Part shown: one piece after another, positions 36,667 to 48,584 of the stretch
How positions within the stretch are numbered: position 1 is the first letter of the stretch
Layout of the letters: each line of letters begins with the position of its first letter
NCBI GenBank assembly: GCA_034780895.1
Contig: JAUZTB010000098.1
Span: 81,293,463-81,357,406 of the forward strand
Direction: 5' to 3'
From: Rhynchobatus australiae
Lineage: Eukaryota
Length of the DNA stretch: 63,944 bases
The notes under the pieces: generated by a model
Told to the model about the DNA's origin: nothing
Database searches by the model: none
The model's input: only the letters and a program-made list of their open reading frames with translations
Program-made: the position numbers and the translations under genes

Positions 36667-39600
36667 ATAACCCCCGCCCCCCCCGCCAAACTGTACCGAA
36701 CCTATCTTATGTATTTGCTGGCATCAGAGCGAAGCTACTGAAAAAATGGCTTCTGTTTCTTTCTACAATTAGAAATGGTCTTGGTCAACCAGCTTCAGAC
36801 TCTTTAGCCACTAAGGACAGTGCAGATGTGAAGGAAATTTACAACCCACTGATCTACTAGTACACAAAAAGATGACAGAAAATTGTACTTTTAAGCTATG
36901 CAACTTGTTTGTTATTTTCTGACAGTTAATTGAGCTCGTGATCACCTATGTGCAGAATAACCCAAGGCTTTCCAGTGTTGGATTCAACTGTTTTAATTAG
37001 TTTTTTAACATGTATAGTGTTTAATACACCTCCAGNNNNNNNNNNNNNNNNNNNNNNNNNNNNNNNNNNNNNNNNNNNNNNNNNNNNNNNNNNNNNNNNN
37101 NNNNNNNNNNNNNNNNNNNNNNNNNNNNNNNNNNNATAAAACTTTGTGAAGCACCAAGTTGTTTTCAACTCATTCCTGGACTCCTGAAAGAACCTGTGGA
37201 TTCAAAAATAACCGGTTCCGACATTAGCCACAGTCCACTGGAGTTTAATGCATGCAGATTTGAGTTTTAATTATTAGATGAGAAATTAGAGTTGCTGAGC
37301 TGAATGCAAGAGCATTGCTGGAACAGTCTTTCCCATTCTGGATCCTTCAGACTTTTCACTTCCAGCAAATACTAACTTGAGACCATGTGACTATTTATTA
37401 TTGGAAATCTCATGTTTCATATAGCAATTTGTTGAGTCTTGTGTGAAATCTTGGTTGAAGTCTGATAATGTGGTCATTTTTCATTAATTTCTTGAGGATT
37501 TGATAGGTGTAATGCAGGCACAAACCTCTTCTAGCTGATGATCAAAAGATAGCAGTGTTAGATGAAACACAATGATAATATTCTAAAAAAAAATTACCCT
37601 CATTTTCAACAGTTGATAATTATTGACTCATTTTAGATACCTTGACAAACATGTTAATACCAGGAGACTTGAAGAGTTGTTTTATTAAAAAAAACTTGTC
37701 ATTTTGCAAATTGGATGAAGTTGTGACAAAGGTGTAATATATCACTTAATATTTGCATTGATAAAGTACATGCAAAACATGTCATAGTGTTTCAGTTAAT
37801 AAAAATGTGACAATTTAAATGCATAAATATGGTTTCCATCAAACTTGTGGAGCAGGAACAAATCTGAGAATTTTGTATTTGTTGACAAAGATAAAGTCAA
37901 AAGAATTATGGAATTGCAATAAATACTTAATGCATGACTCAATGCAAGAAAACAATACCTAACAAAGTGATGTTCTGGATGGGATAAGCATTCTTATCAC
38001 GCTTTTACACGAATAATCTTTACACAAATAAAACCTGTTCAGTTCACATGTTCCAGAGCTGAAACATGATTTATAATTTAAGAAAACACACTCTTAATGA
38101 GGTTCAAAACCTTCTCCTGTTAATATTTAATAAAATCTTTCACATTCTGAGTCAGATTACCTTGTTATCATAATTACTCATTGCACTTGCTGAAAGTAAA
38201 CTCATTATCTTTCTGAGTACTAAAAGCTGTGGAAGATCATTTGTGCTCCTGCAAATAATTCCTCCTTTTCCATGCCTTGGGAATTCCTTGATGAAAGGAG
38301 ACAGAAAGGATCCCAGATTTGCTGAGATCATCTTGCTGCCCACACTTGTAACCGAGGTACAATTTAGGTGTGCATTCATTTGAAGACGAAATTTACCGAA
38401 TGGCATGTCTGGGTCCCAACTACAGCGCAGCTGCTGGTCCTTGCTTCCATCATTGGGTGAGCTGGGACAAATCCCACTTATGAAACTGCTGTGAAAATCT
38501 TTGACTAAAGCCCTTTTCCCCAACTTTGCCATCTATCAAAGCTGTCATTATTTCTCTTCCCTGCCCCCCACCATACTTCTAAATATCATTAATGTTTTGA
38601 AGCATTCAAAGACTTTGGAGCCAAAACAATTTTTAAAAATTGCTAAAAATAAATCATTTCTAAACTTCAAGTAAACAAACAACTGAAATGTTTTAAAATT
38701 CTTTTCCTAAATCCCCTCTCAGATGAATGGGCTTCATTGGGTCTAACCCAGTGCAGGATCCATGATCCATTCTGCAGCACAAGTTCTGGGGAATCTCAGT
38801 CAGCTCCTGCTCCATCACTGGATTTCAGCACAAACACCAATGATTTCTCTGCAGGGCAGGAATCCATCATCAAATTCAGGATCTCTGTGTATGGATGTAC
38901 ATGTGCCGAGTACTGAACCTGCAGGCATTTGTGGGTACAAGGATGTTCCAGGACAATGACTTATATAACAAAAGCATGGCTCAGACTGAGAACGTACCAA
39001 GTGGCTCCTCAGTGGTTAAGTACAATATCGGACATGATGCTGACTAATAGTATAAAGGCCCCACCCTNNNNNNNNNNNNNNNNNNGTACACAGAGTTAGG
39101 AATAGTAATGGCCAAGACTGGGGAAAACTCTGCAGGGCTTAGATTCCCCAGTGACCACTGATTTAAGCACCAAATACAACAGGCCACAATGGGCAGTTCA
39201 GTTCCACCTCATCCAACTAAACAATGAGGACTGGCAGATAAAAACCAGTCTATTCAGCTTCTCCCACACAACGGTCATAATACCCATCTCCAAGTCCATC
39301 CCCTTTCCATCCATTGGAAGCAGAGTGGCCTCCAGAAGAGACACACAACAGATTAAATATAAGCCAATTTGGAGATGAACATCTGGGAAACTTCTCGAAC
39401 ATCTGTGCAAACAGTCTAGACTCATGGTCACTTGACTGGGCTTCTTTGTAGGGAAGTACCTGTACCACTTCAGGAGTCAACATCTGCAGGAGGAGAAAGA
39501 AAAAAATAGAATCATTTAACAAACTCCTTAAAAGGAATTCCATTCCCCACATCCACCCGCCCCACCCTCACCTTAACTTGGGTGAACTTGTATAGAGTAA

Positions 39601-40727
39601 AGCATCTTACAGGAATCACTTTAGGTGTACTTGTATAAAAAAGGCAAGCAAAATACCTTACAGGAATTCTTCCATTTTCTTACTCCCGTTACTATCCCAG
39701 CAGGTGAGCAAAAACATTTTAGGCCTTTATGATCCACTGAAGATCAGAAATGAAGACAAGGTTGAAGTCATCTCTGAGGTAAAGTGATTTAACCCATTAA
39801 GAGAATAATAAACCGATGTAACAGTCCAATAGATAAACTCACACATAATATGGCTTCATTGGTAGTTCCAGTCCTGTGGTGTTAAATACATACATATACA
39901 AACTGCTTGTAAAGTGAGAATCTAGAATCAGNNNNNNNNNNNNNNNNNNNNNNNNNNNNNNNNNNNNNNNNNNNNNNNNNNNNNNNNNNNNNNNNNNNNN
40001 NNNNNNNNNNNNNNNNNNNNNNNNNNNNNNNNNNNNNNNNNNNNNNNNNNNNNNNNNNNNNNNNNNNNNNNNNNNNNNNNNNNNNNNNNNNNNNNNNNNN
40101 NNNNNNNNNNNNNNNNNNNNNNNNNNNNNNNNNNNNNNNNNNNNNNNNNNNNNNNNNNNNNNNNNNNNNNNNNNNNNNNNNNNNNNNNNNNNNNNNNNNN
40201 NNNNNNNNNNNNNNNNNNNNNNNNNNNNNNNNNNNNNNNNNNNNNNNNNNNNNNNNNNNNNNNNNNNNNNNNAGACTTGTTCCTTCCTGGCCCACTATGG
40301 AAAATAATAAACCACAAGATTTAAATTCAGGCCATGTGTGGCAGCTTTAAAAATTTGCCAGTTATGTATAATGATTAAAAAGTTTCCTCAGCCTTTTGCT
40401 TTTTATTGCTCAACCATGTTCTAATTGTGTGAACACTTCCTAATTAACCTCAATACTGTGCAATTTTGATCTCATAAACCTTATCATCTGGCAGCTGCTT
40501 GGCTCAGAGTGGATTTCCCTTTGCTGCCTAAGGACTAGCAGCTGCTGTAACAAGCACACCCAGACGACCTTCCCAGAGAGGAAAAAAAAACACATTAAAA
40601 ATATCACAGTAGTAAGGAGCCTTTCTGTTTTGTCCTAGTATGTAGAGAAGGGCTTTGCTCATTCTGGTCCTCCATCAACTGCTGGTGCAAGGAATGGTGG
40701 AAGTTGGAACACAGGAGACATTTAGCT

Positions 40728-41073
40728 TGCCAATTCATTCGTTGGATGTAGCATGGCCAATGTTTATTGTCAATAGTTAATTGCCCCATCAACTGATTGG
40801 CTTTCAGAGGGCAGTTAAGGTTCCCACACTAGTGAAACTGGAGTCACAATGGCCAAAACAGGCAAGGATAGCATGTTCTTGAATAACATTACTGAACCAG
40901 GTGGGTTTTCAAAAAAAAACAAAACAGTTTTGTGGTCACCAATATTAATAGAACTTTTTCCAGACTTGCTTAACTACTTGAGTTTGCTCTCCAGCTTCCA
41001 CAGTGGGATTTGAAATCATCTCTGGATCAACAGTCAAGGACTCCAGTTGTTAGTCCAGCAAATATACCACTGA
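40728..41073 (-). mobile_element. tRNA-derived SINE whose tail matches the 56609-57310 LINE
   Basis: Reverse strand has a head gtggtatatttgctggactaac..tttcaaatcccactgtgg, a body ggtgaccac..aaaacccacctggttca..ccttaactgccctctgaaa and a tail ggcaattaac..caataaacattggcc. Confidence 0.65.
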
Positions 41074-41864
41074 GCAAGGGCACCTTATCCACTACATTAT
41101 TTAATTTGATCTGAGCCAATTGCCATCTTAACTCTATATCCCCCATCTTGGCTCCAGTTGGAATCATGTCATGGATGCCAAATTTGCATATCTGAAGGAG
41201 GCACCCCTGCTCAGCAGGATAGGGTAAAATTCAGACAGCACACTAATAATTAATTTTAACCAGGGAGCAGATATGTTGACCTGTACACTTTTCAACAGAC
41301 AATACTTCAAATTTCATCATTTTTGTCTTTGAATCTTCACTAATGTTTCTGTTCAGAAATTGGGGTATCAATATCCAAGGTCTTGAATAAGTTGAAGGCT
41401 TTCTGCAATTCATAGCTATTAATCATGAGCTACGATAAGAACTAATTCCATCATCAGGCAGCTGTCAATGCCTCCAATTCCAATACTGCATGCACTGTAG
41501 AAAATCTCTGGATAGTTTAGCACCCATCTTAAAAAACCTCTGAAGTGACTGATATCAGGGTTAATTTCAACCCACCTCATTTGATGAGACATTGACACAT
41601 CAGATCAGCGGCTTGCTCTACAAATTGCCTGAATTTATTTTCTACTCACCAGGTTAGCTGAAAATTAATTCCAAAGGGAGTGAGAACACAGAACAGTTGC
41701 CTGGAAATTGGAACACATTGCATCCTTTTTCTTTATTTTTTTGAAAAAAGTAATTAAAAAGGTGCTATTCATGCCAAATCAAACTTCATTCAGATTGCAT
41801 TAGTCTGGAGATTTCGGGACAAAGTCTTGCCAGTCACAAAATTAGGCCAGGGATTTCATGTGCC

Positions 41865-42155
41865 ATGGAGTCAGAACCATGAAGCACAGAAAAAAGCCCT
41901 TTGCATCCATTTACACCAATTCCTTTCAATGTGCTGCACTTTGCTATCAATTCCCCTGGGTTCTACCACCCATCTATATACTAGGGGTGATTTACAGTGG
42001 CCAATTAGCCTACCAACACACACATCTTTGGGACGTTGGAGGAAACCAGAGAAAACCCATATGGTCACTGAGAGAACATATGAACTCCACACTGACAGCA
42101 CCCAAGGTCAGGATTGAACCTGGTCCCTGGAGTGGTGAGACAGCAGCTCTACTTG
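41865..42155 (-). mobile_element. V-SINE
   Basis: tttacagtggccaattagcctaccaac..catctttgggacgttggaggaaaccagag..caaggtcaggattgaacctggtccctggag. Confidence 0.8.
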
Positions 42156-42591
42156 CAGCGAAAGTGTTCTGCGTGGCCCACATCAGCACATCTGACCTTT
42201 TACCAATGCGAGGCACACACCTTATATCATTATTTGCACAATAAATGTTAGCTTGCTAACTTAAAATTGAACTCAGTGCTCCATACAATGATTGCTGTGG
42301 AAGGGTCTCACACCATACCAGTTTGTTGCCATTCCTCGCTATTTGAAGGGCACTCTGTTGACAATCTAGACTTCTGACAGTGCAGCTGGTCAAACACCAC
42401 CAAAGTCTAGAGTTTGCTAAAACCAACAGTATTGCCGAGATACTCATTCCAAGGGTGCCTTAGCAGTGACAAGTGACACCACTAGCAGCTCTGCATTACT
42501 TGGGTCCATAGCTAGTCATGTGGGGGGGGGGGGTGTAGTGGTGGTTGTTGGCAGGGTGTGGTGGAACCTCAGAGTAGGAGAAGTGAACAGT

Positions 42592-42735
42592 CTACCCCAG
42601 AGAGTATTTAGAGAACATCTACCAGGCCTTCTCCAGTGAAGAATGGGATTCACAGGGTCTGGATTTCAAAGGTTGTCAGCATAGGACCTTCTGCAGGAAA
42701 GCCTTCAACTGTGCTCTCAAACCTGGACTGTCACA
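42592..42735 (+). mobile_element. PIF/Harbinger (HARBI1-like) transposase N-terminal relic
   Basis: PQRVFREH / SEEW..LDF / DLLQESLQLCSQTWT resembles the HARBI1-family N-terminus PRVFRxx...LSEEQ..RLRF..LLQxxLQP. Confidence 0.4.
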
Positions 42736-42909
42736 AGGCTCCCCCTGCCTCCATCCATCCCCACTCCAACTGCCTACAGCTGATCTTTGTCACCTCCTAA
42801 TTTTCTGCTCAGCACTGCACTAGGAGAGACAAGGTCATCAACTTTTATTTCAAATGGCATCCAAGCTCCTAGGATTTGCCAGCATGGCTAGCTCCCAAGT
42901 GCAGGCAAC

Positions 42910-43672
42910 CATTGAACCACAGAACCATAGAACAATGCAGCATAATACAGGCCCTTCGGCCCACCATATTGTGCTGCCCATCAAATCACACCTCACACTA
43001 TCTAACCCTTTCCTCCCACGTATCCCTCTATCCCACATTCCTCCATATGCCTATCCAACAATCTCTTGAACCTGTCCAACATATCTGCCTCCACCACNNN
43101 NNNNNNNNNNNNNNNNNNNNNNNNNNNNNNNNNNNNNNNNNNNNNNNNNNNNNNNNNNNNNNNNNNNNNNNNNNNNNNNNNNNNNNNNNNNNNNNNNGAT
43201 TTATCTGTCTTGATATTATTTAACAACTTCAACACATCCTCTCTCTTGATATCTACAACCTCGAGAACATTACCTTTACCAGCACTCCCTTCCACGTCAT
43301 CAAGACCCCTCTCCTTGGTGAGTACCGAAGAGAAGTATTCATTGAGAACTTCTCCCACTTCTGCTGCCTCCAGGCACATCCTTCCACCTTTGTCTTTAAT
43401 CAGACCTACCTTTACCCTAGCCATCCTTCTACTCTTCATGTATGTGAAAAATGCCTTGGGATTTTCCTTAACCCTACTAGACAACACCTTTTCATGTCCC
43501 CTTCTAGCTCTCCTCAGCCGTCTCTTAAGTTCCTTCCTCACCACTCTATATTCCTCATGGGCCCTGTCTGAGCCTTGCTGCTTACACCTTATGTATGCTG
43601 CCTTCTTCTTCTTAACCAGTCATTCCACCCCTCTCATCACCCACGGTTCCTTCACCCTGCCAGTCCTTCTCT
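42910..43672 (-). mobile_element. Young CR1 LINE spanning an assembly gap
   Basis: ORF 43002-43544 reads RKELKRRLRRARRGHEKVL..KENPKAFF.Y..LNEYFSSV..LLNNIKTDK [gap] FKRLLDRHM. The 3' tail with (GGTTC)-type repeats lies at about 42910-42930. Confidence 0.92.
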
Positions 43673-45469
43673 GACAATTGATACATCACCACAATCATGT
43701 ATCAATAATAGCTCTCAAAATTTTTCTCCCCACAGGTATGAACATTTACACTCCCTCAGCAAATAATTTGCTATTGATCACATTTGATTCATTCATTTTT
43801 AAGTCTTGAATTCAGATTGAAATCACTTTCAATTGCTGTATAAAATTCAACCATATTATGTTCACTCTTCCTGAAAGATCCCCAAGTTATCAGATCAACA
43901 AATAGCCCTCTCTCATTGCATAGCACTAGCTCAAAAATAACCTATTGCCTTGTTGATTCTTCAACATATTGATCTAGAAACCCAGCTCTTATACAGTCTA
44001 TGAATTTGTCCTCCTTACTATTACTAATCATTCAGCACAGAGAGAGGCCATTCACCCCATTACAAATAGACCAGCTCTTTGAAAAAGGTATCCAATTAGT
44101 CCCACTCACTGGTTCTTTCCCCTCAGGCCCACAAACACTGACGTACCTTCTAAGTTAGTGCTTGGAATAAAAAGCACAAAATAATAAATATATTAAACTT
44201 GCCTACCCTGTAGTAGATATCCTTGAAAGCTAACAGATTGGAGATCTGTGACTTGCTTAGGATTCATATTCACAGAGCTCCCTAGAGCTGCTACAGTCAA
44301 CTGAAAACACTCAATAAGATATCCAGTTACAAATCCTAGGTTTATGAAAGGACCTACAATCCTCTTTTTTGCAAGGGTGGCTGTTTGCAGGTCATGACTA
44401 CTGAATACCTATTTAACTGACTCAGGTGATCTGAAGAGCACTGAAGGAAAGGACACTGCACTAATTAGATCTTTTGTTCTTAAAAGATCAGACTAGATTG
44501 AACAGTACTGGTTGTAATCAAGGATAATATTCTTTTCATTGTAATTAGTAATGTTCCTGCAATGATCTTCTGCCTTAAATTTTAACAATACTTTTAAAAT
44601 TTTCCCCTAATCTTAACAGATTTTTAAAATTAGTGTTACTCCCCATGTTTACTCTTTGGGGAATCCAAAACTAAGGTCCATAAATTAAAGGGGCTGAGTG
44701 TCTGTGTTGGGCACCAATAGGAAATTGCACACCGAATAGTTTTCATGAGTACAGTGAAAGTGTTGGCAGGTGAGACAAATTGGCTAGTTCTACCAGAGTC
44801 AGCGGAGGCATGATGGGCTGTTTACCTTTGTGGTGCATCATTCTTCAATTCCATGAGGTCTTCTGTTCAAGTTCACAACTCAAGGAATTTGCATTATCAC
44901 AAACCAAAATCTACATTAACCTATGTAAATACACTAGGTAATAGAACAGTTTTTCTGTATTTGTCTATTCATTTAAAAGGGTTCCTTAATGGACTTATGA
45001 GTGCAATTTTAGTAGTATTGCTGAAAATGAGTTTATTGCCAAAAAATAAGCCCTTTTGATAAAACATTTGATTCTTCTCCTGAGTAACCTAACATAAAAT
45101 TACTTTAAAGTTGTGTCAGAAACCTAATAGTTTCTGAATAAATTAAATCTTTTTGATATAAAAATCCTTTACAGCATGCTGCTTATGTCCTTAAGATAAT
45201 GAACAAAATTTGAAGTACTTTCCTACAGCAACAAGTAGGCAGAATCTTTCAGTTACAAATTGGGGTGTGGTCAGTGTGATGTTGGGCCTCATGCGGGCAA
45301 ACTGAATCTTAAACTACTGCAAGGTTTCAGAAAACACAAATGTGTGGTTTTGGGCGTAACATGTTTTATCATCTTGGATCTTTTGCACTGGTTTATTTCA
45401 CACCCTTTTGCTGATGTTACTGCTGGAAACTCAACCTAGTGTAAGTTCCTAATCAATCCTGTAAAGAAT

Positions 45470-45616
45470 TATGAAAAGCACGATGATGCTGGAGGAACTC
45501 AGCAGGCCAGGCAGCATCCGTGGAGAAAAGCAGGCGGTCAACGTTTCGGGTCAGGACCCTTCTTCAGGACTGAAGATAGGAAAAAGGGAAACCCAATATA
45601 TAGGAGGGAAAAGCAG
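45470..45616 (-). mobile_element. Young Penelope-like terminal repeat (pseudo-LTR)
   Basis: gatgctggaggaactcagcaggccaggcagcatccgtggag.. with intact CpGs; homologous to the decayed copies at 7310, 34412, 54228 and 60062. Confidence 0.8.
45535..45572 (-). ncRNA. Minimal type I hammerhead ribozyme motif
   Basis: Reverse strand: CAGTC CTGAAGA A GGGT-CCTG-ACCC GAA ACGT T GACCG. Stem I 4/5 bp, CUGANGA core, stem II, GAAA, palindromic ACGU stem III, GUU cleavage triplet. Confidence 0.75.
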
Positions 45617-46269
45617 TCCGAGCAAGCTTACAGAGAGAAAGGCACCGAAAACTCGTGGGCATGCGGCCTACTGAAGACCTTGAAGCTGCAACCACAGAGT
45701 TGCAAGACTTTTGGGTCAAAAATTCACTGCACTCTCAGGCGCCTGTCACCACTTTGCTGAGGAAGTAGGGGGAGAGATGAGAGTGCATTGTTCCGTGCAA
45801 GTTTATTTTGTTCCCTCTCCCCAAAACACTTGGTAGACAAGAAGAGGGCAGCAGAGCTGATCCTGTCGGGTGTCACAAAATCCTGGTGGAGAAAGTGAGC
45901 CAACGTCAGGCACCAGCCAGATTCTCTCCACTGATCCCCACTCAATTTAAGCAGCTCCACACACATCCCACTGTCTGTCTATTTTAATTTATTTATGATG
46001 ATCAGCTTAACTATGAGAAAGGACACACTGGGATCAGGAGTAAAAGTACTCACTCTAGGAAAGGGAAAGGTTGCAAGGCTGAGATGTGGTCTGGTAAAAC
46101 TGGGACTGCACATGTCTGCTTTTATCATCAGACGAATAGGCTACATGAGAAAAGAAGAATATGATGGGTGGGAGCAGATATGAACCCACAAGGGAAAACT
46201 GTAGGAATACCATGGAGCACACAGAGATGGAGAAGGCAAAAGAAAGAAAACTTTTGACAGCCCAGTGAT

Positions 46270-46990
46270 GCAGAAAGTTGAGACAACTATAGAAAGAACA
46301 AGGAGGAAAATGAAAAGGCAAATTAAGAAGCCAAAGCAGGAAATACATTTGCAAGGGATATGCATAAGTGGCAAGAAGAAAACTAAGGGAAGAGTAGGGT
46401 CTTCAGAGACAAGATGATAAGTCACGTCAAGAGACAGGCAACATACGTTTTAATAAATACTCTGTATCTGTCTTCACAAAGGTCCTAGATGATGCAGTTA
46501 TTGTTCAAGAGGAAGGAGTGTGAAATATTGGGTAGGATTAACAAGGAGAAAGGGAATACTAAAGGCTTTAGCACCATTGAAAGTTGAAAACCCTCCAGGT
46601 CTGGATAAAATGTATCTCAGGATTTTAAAAGAAGAGGAAGTAGTGGAAGTTCTGAGCATCATTTTTCCAGCCTTCTCTGGTGATGGGTGTGGAAGTGGGG
46701 GTCGTGTGATGGTGCCATCGTTTAAGAAGAGAGAAGAATTGAAAACATTTCTGGGTGGGAAATGGTGTCTCACAAATTTGATTAAGGTTTTGATCAAGAG
46801 GATCAAGAGGATTGATGAGGGTAGTGCAGTAGATGTTGTCCACATGGACTTTATCAAGGTCTTTGACAAGATCCCGCAAGGTAGGCTGGCTCAGCAGGAT
46901 AGATCACAGAGGGTCTAGGATGAGGTGGCTAATTGGATGGAAAATTTGCATGGTGGCAGGAGTCAGAGGGTTGTGAAGGATTGTTTTAAG
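46270..46990 (+). mobile_element. CR1 LINE internal fragment (pre-RT and RT start), decayed
   Basis: PGLDKMYLRILKE..LSIIF..CLTNLI..IDEGSAVDVVHMDFIKVFDKIPQGRL. Confidence 0.85.
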
Positions 46991-47132
46991 GTATCTTTTT
47001 AAGATATCTTTATTAGTCACATGTACATTTAANNNNNNNNNNNNNNNNNNNNNNNNNNNNNNNNNNNNNNNNNNNNNNNNNNNNNNNNNNNNNNNNNNNN
47101 NNNNNNNNNNNNNNNNNNNNNNNNNNNNNNNN

Positions 47133-47670
47133 GTTTGTAGAAGATGTTGTCGGATAAGGAATCTCCAGAGATGGAGATGGAAAGATCGAGGAAGGAGAGA
47201 GAGGTGTCAGAGATGGTCCAAGTGAACTGGAGAGCAGGGTGAAAATTAGTGGTGAAATTTATGAGACTGTCAAGTTCCGCACAGGTACAAGAGGTGGCAC
47301 TAATGGAGTTGTTGATGTGGTGGAGAAAGATTTGAGGAATGGGGCCAGACCAGGCTTGGAACAAAGACTGTTTAACATAGGCAGTGAAGAGGCAGGGATA
47401 GCTGTCGCCCATGCAGGTGTCCATAGCTACACCCTTGGTCCATAGAAAGTGAGAGAACTTGAGAGTGAAGTTGTTTAGGGTGAAGACAAGTTCAGCCAGG
47501 TGGAGGAGAGTTTTAGTGAAGGGGACTGGTTCTGTCTCTAGTCAAGAAAAAAGCAGAGGGTAGTGAGGCCTCTATGGCCTCATGGGGAATGGAGGTACAT
47601 AGGGACTGGACGTCCATGGTAAAAATGAGGTTGTGCGTGCCGGAGAACTTAAAGCTATGGAAGAGTTGGA
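47133..47670 (-). mobile_element. Penelope-like element reverse transcriptase relic
   Basis: LIFTMDVQSLY(fs)...MDTCMGDSYPCLFTAYVKQSLF..IFLHHINN (decayed RYIDD)..NFHPALQFTW..SLSFLDLSI..IFYK is a typical PLE RT. Confidence 0.88.
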
Positions 47671-47850
47671 GACTGTGTGATGTGTCCTGGGTATATACCT
47701 ATAAAGAATGATTTGGTTTATTAGGAACTGCAATGTGATAAAAGACCAAGTTCCATTGCTTACTTTTCTAGTACCCTGTACAACTGTGTAATACAGCAAT
47801 AGGGCCTTTGATTAATTACGGCAATTAGTCTCTTACTGGTACTAAGAATT

Positions 47851-48190
47851 CAATAAACTCCTATCTGACAAGTCAAAATTCCTGATGGTTCAACATCTGG
47901 CTAACCAGGTCTGTTTGCTGTGCTCCCTTTCCCCATGGCCCTTTTCAGCTCACTGGGTCCTTAGTTCCTGAACTGAATTTAAACTGGCCAGAACCCCATT
48001 TCCAGTGTTCCCTTTAAACTTACTGAGTTCACTGAAAAAAAATTATTATAATACTGTGTGATAGCTGGAAATAAAAGTGAATTAAGAGTATGATGGGTAG
48101 TAAAAGGAATAACATCCAATAGTCTATGAAAAATCTGCCAGTCCAGCACCACCAAAGTCCCAAGAGTGTCAGATTATCGAAGTTTCACTG
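47851..48190 (+). mobile_element. Tigger-like MITE, second copy
   Basis: The 3' part ggaataacatccaa..aaaatctgccagtccagcaccaccaaagtccc..gtcagattatcgaagtttcactg aligns with 30980-31064; TIR remnants at both ends. Confidence 0.6.
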
Positions 48191-48584
48191 AAGTTTACAG
48201 CAGAAGCAAGAAAACCCACTCTAGTGGAGAGCTTCAGGAAACATGGAAACAAAGGCATAGCAGAAGACATTAGATACAGCTGGAAAATCTGTGCTGGAAT
48301 TGCAATGCATGATTAACCTGTGCTTGTTTTACTCAGAACAGGACACACACAGAATTTCTGCTCCCACCTTATTATCACAGTGTCAGCATTTACCCAGCAT
48401 CATCAATGCTATGGAATCGATTTAGTGGATGTCTAATTCATGGGTATTTAGCACCTGCTGAAGCTTCCTGGAACTGAGTGAAGCCAAGGCTCTCTGAAAA
48501 GGGAGATGCTGGGTTGCTTTCGATCATTGGTGGAAATCATTCCAATAGTTTGGAAGCTTGCCTCAGACCTTAACGAATCACGAC

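Noticed and set aside
38152-38532. 126-aa minus-strand ORF containing MPFG (RT motif-like)
   Set aside because: No other RT motifs in order; consistent with a chance ORF.
39151-39490. Strong minus-strand acceptor at about 39485 and a plus-strand FHLIQL..KT peptide faintly like a Gypsy RT
   Set aside because: No downstream MPFG/YxDD motifs and no recognisable product in any frame.
39882-40317. Long ORFs here and at other gaps
   Set aside because: They are open only because of N runs.
43066-43674. 202-aa plus-strand ORF
   Set aside because: Antisense shadow of the CR1 ORF2 on the minus strand.
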